DNA from: Chthoniobacter flavus
GTDB lineage: Bacteria > Verrucomicrobiota > Verrucomicrobiia > Chthoniobacterales > Terrimicrobiaceae
Reading direction: 5' to 3'
Length of the DNA stretch: 26,446 nucleotides
Assembly (NCBI GenBank): GCA_945863785.1
Contig: CAMBAQ010000001.1
Span: 1 to 26,446, forward strand
The notes beneath the pieces were generated by a model. It was not told where the DNA came from. It did not search any database and was given only the letters and a program-made list of their open reading frames with translations. Numbering within the stretch: position 1 is the first letter of the stretch; each line of letters starts with the position of its first letter. Position numbers and translations under genes: made by a program. This document shows positions 1 through 9,013 of this stretch, piece by piece.

Positions 1-1035
1 GTTCTGCCAGATACTGGTGGGGTAGCCTTTACTGCTTCTTTGCTCACCGGTGTTGGTAATGTTACGAATAGTAACAAGATGGGGCTATGGGTTACGCAAT
101 CAAGTGGATCGGTTCGATTGGCAGCCCGCATCGGTGGTAATCCAACTCCTACACTCTCGTCTCTTTCTATTTTCAATGCTGAGACGGGACTCAATGGTCA
201 AGGGCGGCATTACAATAGCGGGGGTAACTTGATTGTTACGGCGGGATTCACAACTGGGGCGAGTGGGATTTACAAAATCCAAACATCAAACTTAACCCTA
301 TCGCCAATTGTAACGACAACATCGACGGTTCCAGGAATTTCTGGTGCCACAGTCAGCGCGTTCGGAAACCCTGTATTAAACAACAATAATAGTCTTGCAG
401 TCAGCGCTACCGTGACTGGCACGGGATTTTCCAACAGTAACAACCAAGGTATTTGGCTAATCAATGGCAATGGAACTGGCTCGCTTCGAGTGCGTAAGGG
501 TCAAGTCAATACGGATGGAACGATCTTTGCGGAAATTGGAGCTCCTGCTTTAAATAATAATGGCGAAATCGCATTTATAGGCGCTCTTAAGACCGCTACG
601 GGTAACGTCACGAAAGCGGACGCAATCCGGATCTGGAAGATCGCAGCCAATGGCACGATTCAACTTGTTGCGAAAGCGAGTGGGTCTGCACCAGACTTAA
701 CTGGTGCTGTATTTCAAACGTTTACCCAGTTGGCCTATCCAGACGATAGTGGTGTGATATTTGTAGCTACGCTTACCGTTGGCACGGGTGGTATTACGAC
801 CGGAAATAATAAGGGTATTTGGGCTGTCAATGCTCTCGGAGCAACGGAGCTTCTCATCCGAACAGGTGATTCACTGAAAGTCAATGGAGCCATCAAAACC
901 ATCGCGGATCTCCTGATATTCACAAGTTCCGCAGATATATCTGGTGCTACCCGGCAGGTCACAACAGCAGGTGACCTTGTTTATAAGGTGAGATTTACAG
1001 ACGGCACCGTTGGTTTGTTGGAGTCGGTGCAATAG
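1..1035 (+). CDS. NxxGxxAF tandem-repeat (choice-of-anchor/DUF7453-like) extracellular beta-rich protein, 5'-truncated by the window
   Basis: Frame 1 is open from base 1 (VLPDTGGVAFTASLL...). It contains NNNGEIAF and NNNNSLAV motifs and recurring N-x-GIW/GLW units (NKMGLW, NNQGIW, NNKGIW). It is Gly/Thr/Asn-rich, ends at TAG 1033-1035 and has no PEP-CTERM tail. Confidence 0.75.
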   Translation, partial: VLPDTGGVAFTASLLTGVGNVTNSNKMGLWVTQSSGSVRLAARIGGNPTPTLSSLSIFNAETGLNGQGRHYNSGGNLIVTAGFTTGASGIYKIQTSNLTLSPIVTTTSTVPGISGATVSAFGNPVLNNNNSLAVSATVTGTGFSNSNNQGIWLINGNGTGSLRVRKGQVNTDGTIFAEIGAPALNNNGEIAFIGALKTATGNVTKADAIRIWKIAANGTIQLVAKASGSAPDLTGAVFQTFTQLAYPDDSGVIFVATLTVGTGGITTGNNKGIWAVNALGATELLIRTGDSLKVNGAIKTIADLLIFTSSADISGATRQVTTAGDLVYKVRFTDGTVGLLESVQ

Positions 1036-1065
1036 AATTCGTTGGTGCCCTCGGCCGTAAAATGA

Positions 1066-1878
1066 TCAAGACTTTTGCTTGATCGCTTGGGAAATAGGTG
1101 TCACGAAAGCGGCGATTTCGGCGTTAAGATTCGGATGAGCGCCAAATTCTCCGATGCGGCGGACGATGGCGCTGCCTACGACGACGGCCTCACATTCCTT
1201 GGCAACTTCCGCAGCTTGTTCGGGAGTGGAAATCCCGAATCCGACGGCGATGGGGAGGTTGGTGTGGGATTTTATTTCGCGTACCTGAGAACTGATGCTA
1301 GTCGCGAGGCTGGTTTGCTCGCCGGTGACGCCTTCGCGGGAGACGTAGTAAATAAAGCCCTCTGCTGATTTGGCGATCAGTTCCATGCGATCTGGCGGTG
1401 TTGTAGGGGCGATGAGGCGAATAGCTAGCAGGCTATGCGATTTCATAAGCTCGGCATTCCGTGCGGCTTCATCTGGGGGGAGATCGAGGATCAGAACGCC
1501 ATCCGCGCCGGCGGCGGAGGCATCTGCGTGGAACTTGTCGAAGCCATAGACATAAACCGGGTTCAAATAAGTGAAAAGAACGATGGGGATCTGCGAGGTA
1601 GTGCGGATTTTTTTAACCGCATCAAGCACTCCCCCTACGCTGGCGCCGGCGGCGAGAGCGCGACTGGAAGCGGCTTGGATCGTTGCCCCATCCGCAAGGG
1701 GATCAGAAAATGGGATCCCAAGCTCGATGATGTCCACGCCCGACTTTTCGAGCGTTGAGACGAGTGATACTGTCGCATCGAGGGTCGGATCGCCTGCTGT
1801 GATATAGGCGATGAATCCGCATTGGTTGGCGGAGCGGAGGGATTGAAACTTGGTCTCGATACGATTGGGCGTGCTCAT
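1066..1878 (-). CDS. trpA: tryptophan synthase alpha subunit
   Basis: Motifs [17 protein letters not shown] (catalytic Glu/Asp), [15 protein letters not shown] and VVGSA are present. I chose the ATG at 1878 (MSTPNR), which overlaps the mnmG stop as ATGA. Confidence 0.97.
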   Translation of the reverse strand: MSTPNRIETKFQSLRSANQCGFIAYITAGDPTLDATVSLVSTLEKSGVDIIELGIPFSDPLADGATIQAASSRALAAGASVGGVLDAVKKIRTTSQIPIVLFTYLNPVYVYGFDKFHADASAAGADGVLILDLPPDEAARNAELMKSHSLLAIRLIAPTTPPDRMELIAKSAEGFIYYVSREGVTGEQTSLATSISSQVREIKSHTNLPIAVGFGISTPEQAAEVAKECEAVVVGSAIVRRIGEFGAHPNLNAEIAAFVTPISQAIKQKS

Positions 1879-3755
1879 GTTGTTGAAATGTTTTCGTTGC
1901 CTCGGGTGATCCAAATGCCAAGTAGGGCGACATCGGCTGGGGTGACTCCGCTGATGCGGGCCGCTTGACCGAGGGTCTCAGGGCGGATGGAGGTGAGTTT
2001 TTGAACGGCTTCGGTGCGAAGGCCGTTGATCTTGGAGTAGTCCAGCCAATCTGGGATGGCCTTGTTCTCGTGTCTAGCCGAGCGGGCGATTTGCTCTTCT
2101 TGGCGTGTTAGGTAGCCAGCGTATTTCAGATCGGTTTCGATTTGCTCCCAAACGGGGATTGGAAATTGAGAGAGGATTTCGGAGGGAACGGATTGCCATG
2201 TGTTTTCAGGGCGCTTGAGCCAACGCTCAAGTGGGATGGCATCCACTTTGAACTCTTTCAGTCGGGCCTTGAGTGACGTGAATTGGGCGTGCTTCTCACG
2301 GAAGCGGGATGTGCGCTCGGGATCGGCAAGACCGAGTTCGATGGCTTTGCCCGTGAGGCGGAGATCTGCGTTGTCCTGCCTCAGGAGGAGGCGGTATTCG
2401 GCCCGGCTCGTGAACATGCGGTAGGGCTCAGGGGTCCCACGAGTCACGAGGTCGTCCAGCATAACGCCGATGTAGCCTTCATGGCGGGCAACAGTGAGCG
2501 GGGGTCGGTTGAGGTACTTCAGTGCGGCATTGGCGCCAGCCACCAAGCCCTGTGCGGCAGCCTCTTCGTAGCCCGAAGTGCCGTTGATTTGTCCTGCAAA
2601 ATAAAGCCCAGGCATACGCTTCGTCTCCAGTGTGGTGTGAAGTTGCGTGGGCGGGCAGTAATCGTATTCCACCGCATAGCCGGGACGCAAAATCTCGGCA
2701 TTTTCAAGACCGGGAACACTTCGGATGAAGGCGTATTGAACATCAAACGGGAGGCTTGTGGAAACGCCGTTGACGTAGATTTCATCACTGTGGCGGCCTT
2801 CGGGTTCCAAGAAAAGCTGGTGTTGGTTTTTCTCTGCAAACTTGACCACTTTGTCCTCAATGCTTGGGCAGTATCGTGGGCCTACGCCTTCAATGACACC
2901 GGAGTAGAGTGGAGATTTATGGAGGTTGGAACGAATGATCTCGTGGGTGGCTGGAGTCGTGTAGGTGATCCAGCAGGGGATCTGGCGAGTGTGAAAAGCC
3001 CCGTCGCGCCATTCGTTGAGGGTAAAAATGTCATCTTCGCCACGACGGATTGTGTCCGCCATGTAGCTGAAGAGCGGAGCGGGCTCGTCGCCGTGCTGGG
3101 CTTCACATTTCGAGAAATCAATGCTCTTTGCTAAGAGTCGGCATGGTGTGCCAGTCTTGAATCGAGCGACTTCAAAACCGAGATCCCGTAAGCAGTCGCT
3201 GAAAGTAGATACCGTATCTCCAAGGCGTCCGCCGGCTTGATTGCGAAGTCCCACATGGAGGAGTCCGCGCATGAAGGTGCCTGTGGTGACGACGACGGAG
3301 CGGGTGTTGAAGCGAAGTCCTAAGTTTGTCTCCAGTCCATCGACGCCGTTGTCGCCGGTGATGAGGTTGGTCACGTTAGCCTGCTTCACATCGAGGTGAG
3401 GTTGGCGTTCCAAGAGCACCTTCATCCGGAACTGGTAGGCTTTTTTATCGCATTGAGCGCGGGGCGCTCGGACGCTCGGGCCTTTTGTGGCATTGAGCAT
3501 GCGAAACTGGATGCCGGTGGCGTCGGTATTGAGAGCCATCGCTCCGCCCAGCGCGTCGATTTCACGAACCATGTGCCCTTTGGCGAGTCCACCTATCGCG
3601 GGATTACAGGACATCTGGCCAACGGTATCCGCGTTCTGAGTGAGGAGAAGCGTCTGGCAACCGAGGCGGGCTGCCGCCAAGGCGGCTTCAATGCCAGCGT
3701 GGCCAGCCCCAATCACGACAACGTCGTAGTTTTTTGGATAAACGAAGTCGCTCAA
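1875..3755 (-). CDS. mnmG: tRNA uridine-5-carboxymethylaminomethyl modification enzyme MnmG (GidA)
   Basis: Motifs VIGAGHAG (FAD binding), [20 protein letters not shown] and [17 protein letters not shown] are present. 626 aa, TTG start. Confidence 0.98.
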   Translation of the reverse strand: MSDFVYPKNYDVVVIGAGHAGIEAALAAARLGCQTLLLTQNADTVGQMSCNPAIGGLAKGHMVREIDALGGAMALNTDATGIQFRMLNATKGPSVRAPRAQCDKKAYQFRMKVLLERQPHLDVKQANVTNLITGDNGVDGLETNLGLRFNTRSVVVTTGTFMRGLLHVGLRNQAGGRLGDTVSTFSDCLRDLGFEVARFKTGTPCRLLAKSIDFSKCEAQHGDEPAPLFSYMADTIRRGEDDIFTLNEWRDGAFHTRQIPCWITYTTPATHEIIRSNLHKSPLYSGVIEGVGPRYCPSIEDKVVKFAEKNQHQLFLEPEGRHSDEIYVNGVSTSLPFDVQYAFIRSVPGLENAEILRPGYAVEYDYCPPTQLHTTLETKRMPGLYFAGQINGTSGYEEAAAQGLVAGANAALKYLNRPPLTVARHEGYIGVMLDDLVTRGTPEPYRMFTSRAEYRLLLRQDNADLRLTGKAIELGLADPERTSRFREKHAQFTSLKARLKEFKVDAIPLERWLKRPENTWQSVPSEILSQFPIPVWEQIETDLKYAGYLTRQEEQIARSARHENKAIPDWLDYSKINGLRTEAVQKLTSIRPETLGQAARISGVTPADVALLGIWITRGNENISTT

Positions 3756-3756
3756 G

Positions 3757-4293
3757 TTACTCGGTCGCGATGCCGTGTTCGGTCAGTTTCTTTTGGAGGG
3801 CGGCAGGATCCAGCTTGAAGCTATTTTTAAGAATGATGTCACCGGCAACGAAGTTGTCGAAGGTCCCGCGGATCGCGGTATTCTCACCAGTTACAACGAG
3901 TGAGCTGGTCCGGAGGATGTTTCCGCTCCAGTCGCGGTGATATAGTGTGGCGCGCGAATCATCACTCGAAACGCCCACAGTGGCGGAGACAATATCGTCC
4001 GAATCGAAATAGGCCTTCACGTCGGGTGTTGGGCGGTTGTGGAGCTGCAAGTAAACCGTGAGTGGATCGCCTTCGGTGTCATCGGACTGAGTGACTTTGC
4101 CAACGCGTCCATACACGCAGACGCGCATGCCATTGTATTTTTGAAAAGCACTATCGGCAGAGTTGGCAAAATCATTCACGATTTGTTCGAGTGTGACAAA
4201 GCCGTCCGGGGGCAGGGTAGGCAGCGGAGTTTGGCATAATGCCGCACAGATCGTAGCAAGCAGCAGCGCAATCGAGGTTTTTGCTATATTCAT
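3757..4293 (-). CDS. exported OB-fold (tRNA_anti-like) hypothetical protein
   Basis: Signal-peptide-like N-terminus ([21 protein letters not shown]). The segments '[21 protein letters not shown]' and 'IRGTFDNF' resemble tRNA_anti-like OB folds. Its stop lies 1 nt from the mnmG start. Confidence 0.6.
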   Translation of the reverse strand: MNIAKTSIALLLATICAALCQTPLPTLPPDGFVTLEQIVNDFANSADSAFQKYNGMRVCVYGRVGKVTQSDDTEGDPLTVYLQLHNRPTPDVKAYFDSDDIVSATVGVSSDDSRATLYHRDWSGNILRTSSLVVTGENTAIRGTFDNFVAGDIILKNSFKLDPAALQKKLTEHGIATE

Positions 4294-4475
4294 AACGTTG
4301 CCGATCATGGATCAAGCACGGCGCATGCTCAACGAAAAAGCCATCTACTTTCCGTTTCGCGGTGGATTAAAAAAACCAGAGCTCCTCAATAGCCATTATT
4401 GCCTCAAGAAGTCATCGGCGAGGAACCTCCGCTTCCACGGCCTAGAAGCATCAAGACCATCGGATGAAGATAGGA

Positions 4476-6059
4476 CTATTGTTTTTTGCGGATTTTTCGA
4501 AGTGGGTGCTCGTCGAGGACATTAGCCCGAATGCCGTCGAACTTCGTTGGATCGTAGAGTTGAATGCCCACATAGTAGTAAATGGGGCAGACGGGGATGG
4601 CTTTTTTTACAAGTAGATCCTCGGCCTCCCGCAGGATTTTAAAGCGGCGTGAGGGATTGAGTTCCCGTGAGGCGGCGGCGACGAGGGCATCGTAGCTCGG
4701 TGCGCTCCATCCCGTGCGGTTGTTGCCGCCACCAGTGAGGAACATATCTAGGAAAGTGTTGGGGTCTGCGTAGTCGCCGACCCAACTGGAACGGGCGATG
4801 TCGTAGTCGAGAAGCGAGAGCGAATTCAGATAAACTTTCCACTCCTGTCGAACGAGGTTCACATTCACGCCGAGCGAGTCGCGCCACATGTTTTGGAGTT
4901 CCACGGCGATCGCTTCATTGAGTTCGCTCTTACTATAAAGGTAGTTCACATTAGGAAATCCCTTTCCAGCCGGAAATCCCGCCTCGGCAAGTAATCGGGC
5001 TGCTTGTACGGGATCAAATGTCAAACCGTCCGTGCCGTTGTAGCCAGGTATTCCTGGTGGAACAAAGCCGTTTGCTGGGAGTTCACCCGCTCGTGTGATT
5101 TTATTTACGATGCGATTTTTATCCATGGCCAGAGAGAAGGCCCGGCGCACGCGTTCGTCCTTGAAGGGGCCGCGCTCGCAATTGTAGCGCAGGAAGTAGA
5201 TTCCTAAAAATGGGGCGGCATGGAAGTCCGGGCGTTTTTTTAAATCCTCCAGCAAGGCTGGTGGAGCGAGGCCCTTGTCCATCATCAGATCCGCAAGGCC
5301 GCTGGAGTAAAAATTAAACGCCACATTGGCATCTGAGATCGGCAGTACGTCGATGGTTTCGAGTGCTACGTTCGCGGAGTCCCAGTAGTGGGTGTTTTTG
5401 CGAAGACGGATTTTGTCATTAATGCGCCAACTTTCCAGCGTGTAGGCTCCATTGGAAATGATCTTTCCGGGTTTGACCCAATCGTCCCCCGCGCGCTTGA
5501 TCAGATCGACGGGAAGAGGGTGCAGCGTCGGAAAAGCGCAGAGTTGGAGGAAGTAGCTTGTGGGATTTTCGAGTTCCACAACGAGCGTCCGTTCATCGAC
5601 AGCGCGAACGCCCACTTGCGAGAAATCGGCAAGTTTTCCTTCCGAAAAGGATTGAGCGTTTTTGATCGGATAGAGTTGATAATTGTACTGAGATCCGGTT
5701 TCGGGCGTGAGGGTGTGACGCCAAGATTCCACGAAATCGTGGGCAGTGAGAGGCGATCCATCGCTCCACTTGGCATTGGCCCGAATGTGAAACGTGTAGG
5801 TTTTTCCATCGGGAGAAATTTTCCATTTTTCGGCGACTCCGGGTGAAGGTTGGCCGTTTTCGTCGTAAGCGCAAAGGCCCTCAAAAAGGGCGTTGACGAT
5901 GCGACCCTCGGGTTGACCTGTGATAATCGCAGGGTCGAGTGTTTCGGGTTCGGCTCCGTTCAGGAAAACCAAGTCGGCGCGACGATCTGCATTTCCGCAG
6001 CCGACGAGAAGCAGAGTTAAAAATGCCATGCAAATCCCGAGGGATACCCGTAAAGTCAT
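4476..6059 (-). CDS. oppA: peptide ABC transporter substrate-binding lipoprotein (OppA family)
   Basis: Lipobox LVGC, GAEPETLDP, AEKWKISPDGKTYTFHIR.AKWSDG, SNGAY, and W.GDY.DP.TFL motifs. Confidence 0.93.
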   Translation of the reverse strand: MTLRVSLGICMAFLTLLLVGCGNADRRADLVFLNGAEPETLDPAIITGQPEGRIVNALFEGLCAYDENGQPSPGVAEKWKISPDGKTYTFHIRANAKWSDGSPLTAHDFVESWRHTLTPETGSQYNYQLYPIKNAQSFSEGKLADFSQVGVRAVDERTLVVELENPTSYFLQLCAFPTLHPLPVDLIKRAGDDWVKPGKIISNGAYTLESWRINDKIRLRKNTHYWDSANVALETIDVLPISDANVAFNFYSSGLADLMMDKGLAPPALLEDLKKRPDFHAAPFLGIYFLRYNCERGPFKDERVRRAFSLAMDKNRIVNKITRAGELPANGFVPPGIPGYNGTDGLTFDPVQAARLLAEAGFPAGKGFPNVNYLYSKSELNEAIAVELQNMWRDSLGVNVNLVRQEWKVYLNSLSLLDYDIARSSWVGDYADPNTFLDMFLTGGGNNRTGWSAPSYDALVAAASRELNPSRRFKILREAEDLLVKKAIPVCPIYYYVGIQLYDPTKFDGIRANVLDEHPLRKIRKKQ

Positions 6060-6086
6060 TTTGCCATGAAACCGATATTCCCGCTG

Positions 6087-6113
6087 TCTGCAATGCAGAT
6101 CGCCTCCGAGGCG
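6087..6113. promoter_or_regulatory. two adjacent 13-bp interrupted palindromes in the oppA/DUF983 divergent intergenic region
   Basis: TCTGCA-A-TGCAGA (6087-6099) and CGCCTC-C-GAGGCG (6101-6113) are read directly from the sequence. A regulatory role is inferred only. Confidence 0.3.
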
Positions 6114-6163
6114 GCTTGCCGTGACTTGTTTTGCATCGATAGGTATGTGGCACTTTACATTCT

Positions 6164-6667
6164 ATGAACCACGATTTTCGCCGCGCTCTCCAGTATTTCT
6201 TACGTGCTTGTCTCTTGAAGTGCCCGGAGTGCGGAACGAAGCCGATTTTCATGCCGATCCATCGCATCCGTCGGCTGCGGGATTACTTCACGCCGCTCGA
6301 TGGGTGTCCGCGTTGTGGGTATGCCTATGAGCGTGAGTTGGGCTATTTTTTGCTGTCGATCTGGGCGATCAATTACGGTGGCGGTAGTCTCCTCGGTATT
6401 TCCATCTATTGTTATCTGGAGTATTTCTACCATCTGACACTGCCCATTTTGTTGCTCAGTGTGATCTCGCCGGTCGTGCTTTTCAACTTCCTCTTCGCTC
6501 GCCATTCCAAGGCGTTTTTCATCGCACTGGATCATTATTTTGATCCGCATGTCAAAGATGGTGAGGGTGGAGGGAATGGTGGTAGCAATACTAAGGAACC
6601 TCCAGCGCCTGCCACGCCTGTTGCTCCACAGGGGGCGCCGACGCCAGAGCCTGGCGTGCTTGTTTGA
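6164..6667 (+). CDS. DUF983-family membrane protein
   Basis: Two CxxC pairs (CPECG, CPRCG) followed by YERELGYF and two hydrophobic helices, ending in a Gly/Pro-rich tail. Confidence 0.8.
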   Translation: MNHDFRRALQYFLRACLLKCPECGTKPIFMPIHRIRRLRDYFTPLDGCPRCGYAYERELGYFLLSIWAINYGGGSLLGISIYCYLEYFYHLTLPILLLSVISPVVLFNFLFARHSKAFFIALDHYFDPHVKDGEGGGNGGSNTKEPPAPATPVAPQGAPTPEPGVLV

Positions 6668-7518
6668 TGCAAACCCACATCCTTAAACTTCACTGTCCTG
6701 ATGCCGTTGGCCTTCTGGCGCGAATCACTGGATTCATTGCAGCCTCAGGCGGGAATCTGCTCGAAGTGAGTCAATATACCGATCCGCTTTCAAAGTGGTT
6801 TTTCAGCCGTCTTGTCTTCACTGGAGGGAAAATGGACTCGTACCCCTCGCTGTTCCGCTCGGAGTTTGAGTCCATCGCAACAGAGATGGGCGCCGAGTGG
6901 TCTTTGCGCCCCAGCGATCGCCCGATGAATGCCGTTCTATTGACAAGCCGACAAGATCATTGCTTGGCCGATCTCCTCTGGCGCTGGCGTTCTGGAGAAT
7001 TGAATATTTCGATTCCGAAGGTGATCTCCAACCATGGCGAGTGCCGGGGGATCGTTGAGCGCGAGGGATTGGTTTTTGAGGAGATGGATTTCGATGGCGA
7101 CAAGCCCGCCGCTTTCGAGCAACTCGCCGCCCACTTACGGGATTGCCAGGCTGAGTTGATTGTTCTCGCACGCTTCATGCAAATTCTGCCCGATTGGCTT
7201 TGTAACGAGTTTGAAGGTCGCATTATCAATATCCACCATTCGTTTCTGCCAGCCTTCGTGGGAGCGAACCCCTATCGCCGTGCCTTTGAGCGTGGAGTGA
7301 AGCTGATCGGAGCGACCTGCCACTACGCCACATCCGAATTGGATCAGGGGCCGATCATTGAGCAGGAGGTTGCGCGCGTGGAACATTATCACGTTCCAGA
7401 TGATCTGGTACGGATGGGGCGTGACTGCGAAAAACTCGCTCTTGCCCGAGGTGTCCGTTTTCATGTCGAAGACAGGGTGCTTGTTCACGGAACCCGCGCC
7501 ATTGTCTTTCGCGACTGA
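6667..7518 (+). CDS. purU: formyltetrahydrofolate deformylase
   Basis: N-terminal ACT-like CPDAVGLLA segment, then HCLADLLWRW, LARFMQIL and INIHHSFLPAFVGANPY..A..RGVKLIGATCHY. TGATG overlap with the DUF983 stop. Confidence 0.96.
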   Translation: MQTHILKLHCPDAVGLLARITGFIAASGGNLLEVSQYTDPLSKWFFSRLVFTGGKMDSYPSLFRSEFESIATEMGAEWSLRPSDRPMNAVLLTSRQDHCLADLLWRWRSGELNISIPKVISNHGECRGIVEREGLVFEEMDFDGDKPAAFEQLAAHLRDCQAELIVLARFMQILPDWLCNEFEGRIINIHHSFLPAFVGANPYRRAFERGVKLIGATCHYATSELDQGPIIEQEVARVEHYHVPDDLVRMGRDCEKLALARGVRFHVEDRVLVHGTRAIVFRD

Positions 7519-7536
7519 GATCTCACGCGAATAACT

Positions 7537-8451
7537 TCAGGCCATTGGCATCATGCTGGAGACTGCAATCTCTCGACGGGGATCGCTCAATCGCCTCATG
7601 CTCACGCTCACGCTTATGCTTTGAGTGCCTGAGCCTTTGAATGTGCCACGCACAGGTGCGGCATCCGAGAAATCCCTGCCTACGGAAACGGTGATGTGGC
7701 GCTCGCCGCACCATTGCTTGTTTGTGGGGTCTAGGGCCACCCAGCGGAGGCCTGGGAGCATGACTTCGACCCAAGCATGCGTGGCGAGGGATCCGACAAG
7801 ATTTCCCTCCGTGCCATTGGCTTTGGGCAAGTCGGATTCAATGTAGCCGCAAACATATCTGCCAGGGAGCCCCGCGGCGCGAAGAACGCTGAGCATGATG
7901 TGAGCGAAGTCCTGGCAAACGCCTTCTCTTTTTTTCCAAATACTGGCCAGAGGCGTTGAGTTTTGGGTCACTCCGGATTTGTAAGTGAAATGTTCGTTTA
8001 CTGCTTCGTTCAAATCCTGCAAAGCGACTCGTATGGGGCTGGAACTTTTAAAAATCTTTTTTGCCCACGATACAGCTGGTCCGCTAGTCGGTACCGCTGC
8101 CGTTGGCTGCAAATAATCGAAAATATCCGTCATCGCAGATCCTAGAATCTGCCTTGCCTCTGCCACATTGAGCTGCAAAGCCTCGAGGGCCAGGTTTCGA
8201 GGCTTTGTGCGCACAGTCATGCGGTTCGTCACCTTGAGTTGTTCGTGACGAAGCGTCATGGAATAAAATGTCGTCGGATTTCCGAAGTAATCCCTGTAAT
8301 CGGACATTTTGGCCTCTGGATGAAAGTCGATGCGGTGGGATAGGACTTCCTGATCCTCGCGTTCGGGGGGGGTGAGTCGCGCTTCGAGGTAAGCCTCGCT
8401 CACCGGCACGCTGTAGCGGTAGTCCGTAGTATGAACGACTTCAAAAAGCAT
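7537..8451 (-). CDS. transglutaminase-like protein (Bact_transglu_N + core)
   Basis: N-terminal H.T.Y.YS..V and DYFGN motifs, with an intact Cys-His-Asp triad: GVCQDFAH, HAWVEV, DPTN, and also GRDFSDAAP. Confidence 0.92.
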   Translation of the reverse strand: MLFEVVHTTDYRYSVPVSEAYLEARLTPPEREDQEVLSHRIDFHPEAKMSDYRDYFGNPTTFYSMTLRHEQLKVTNRMTVRTKPRNLALEALQLNVAEARQILGSAMTDIFDYLQPTAAVPTSGPAVSWAKKIFKSSSPIRVALQDLNEAVNEHFTYKSGVTQNSTPLASIWKKREGVCQDFAHIMLSVLRAAGLPGRYVCGYIESDLPKANGTEGNLVGSLATHAWVEVMLPGLRWVALDPTNKQWCGERHITVSVGRDFSDAAPVRGTFKGSGTQSISVSVSMRRLSDPRREIAVSSMMPMA

Positions 8452-8565
8452 TTCTTAGGCTTCCTTACAGAAACGGTTTGGTTTGCCAAATTGACTGCTG
8501 ATCCCTCTTGCCATGGGGCCAACTTTTCCGGATGAGCAGGTTGGGTCAAGCGCAATTCCGTATCG

Positions 8566-8997
8566 TCATTGAAGGCGGCGGATTTTTTCCCTCAGTGAAT
8601 TGTTGGCCCGCTCGATCTCACCGAGAAGTTGGGTGGCCGAGATCGAGTCGCATCCGAATGACTCCGACGTTGTGCGTTCCATGCGGTCGTTGGTAGCGAC
8701 GGTGACTTGAAAGTCTGCGCCGTACTTGGCTGCTAGGCGTTCAATGATCGCGTCCGCCGTCTGTCCCTCGCGGGAGTAAAAAACAGCGATGCCGTGTGGC
8801 GATCCTTCACTGGAGGCCTTGGGGCCCTTGCCATCAAAAACAACGGCGACAGTCCAATCTGTGGCGTCTTGAAGACCCGTGAGAAGGCGAATGAGCCCAT
8901 CCCGTGCATTGGCCGTATTGTGTCTGTGCTGATTCGCTAGATCCGGCCACGCAAAAATCATGCTGTGCCCATCCACGATGAGGATCTTTTGTTTCAT
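8566..8997 (-). CDS. YacP/Rae1-like NYN-domain ribonuclease
   Basis: Motifs LIVDGHSM, VVFDG, TADAIIERL and VATND. The ATG at 8997 is preferred over the ORF-track start at 9069. Confidence 0.85.
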   Translation of the reverse strand: MKQKILIVDGHSMIFAWPDLANQHRHNTANARDGLIRLLTGLQDATDWTVAVVFDGKGPKASSEGSPHGIAVFYSREGQTADAIIERLAAKYGADFQVTVATNDRMERTTSESFGCDSISATQLLGEIERANNSLREKIRRLQ

Positions 8998-9013
8998 TGA
9001 ACCCGATCGGATT

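Noticed and set aside
1036-1065. Intrinsic terminators at convergent junctions (also 7519-7536 and 14617-14626)
   Set aside because: The gaps are 10-30 nt with no GC stem plus U-tract.
2283-3134. 283-aa plus-strand ORF
   Set aside because: It is an antisense shadow of mnmG.
4309-4475. 167-nt gap between oppA and the OB-fold gene as a possible gene remnant or ncRNA
   Set aside because: It has only short interrupted frames, no motif I recognise and no convincing stem. It is probably a promoter or UTR.
6060-6163. ZTP or purine riboswitch upstream of DUF983-purU
   Set aside because: I could not find the conserved aptamer elements by eye. An Rfam scan would settle it.
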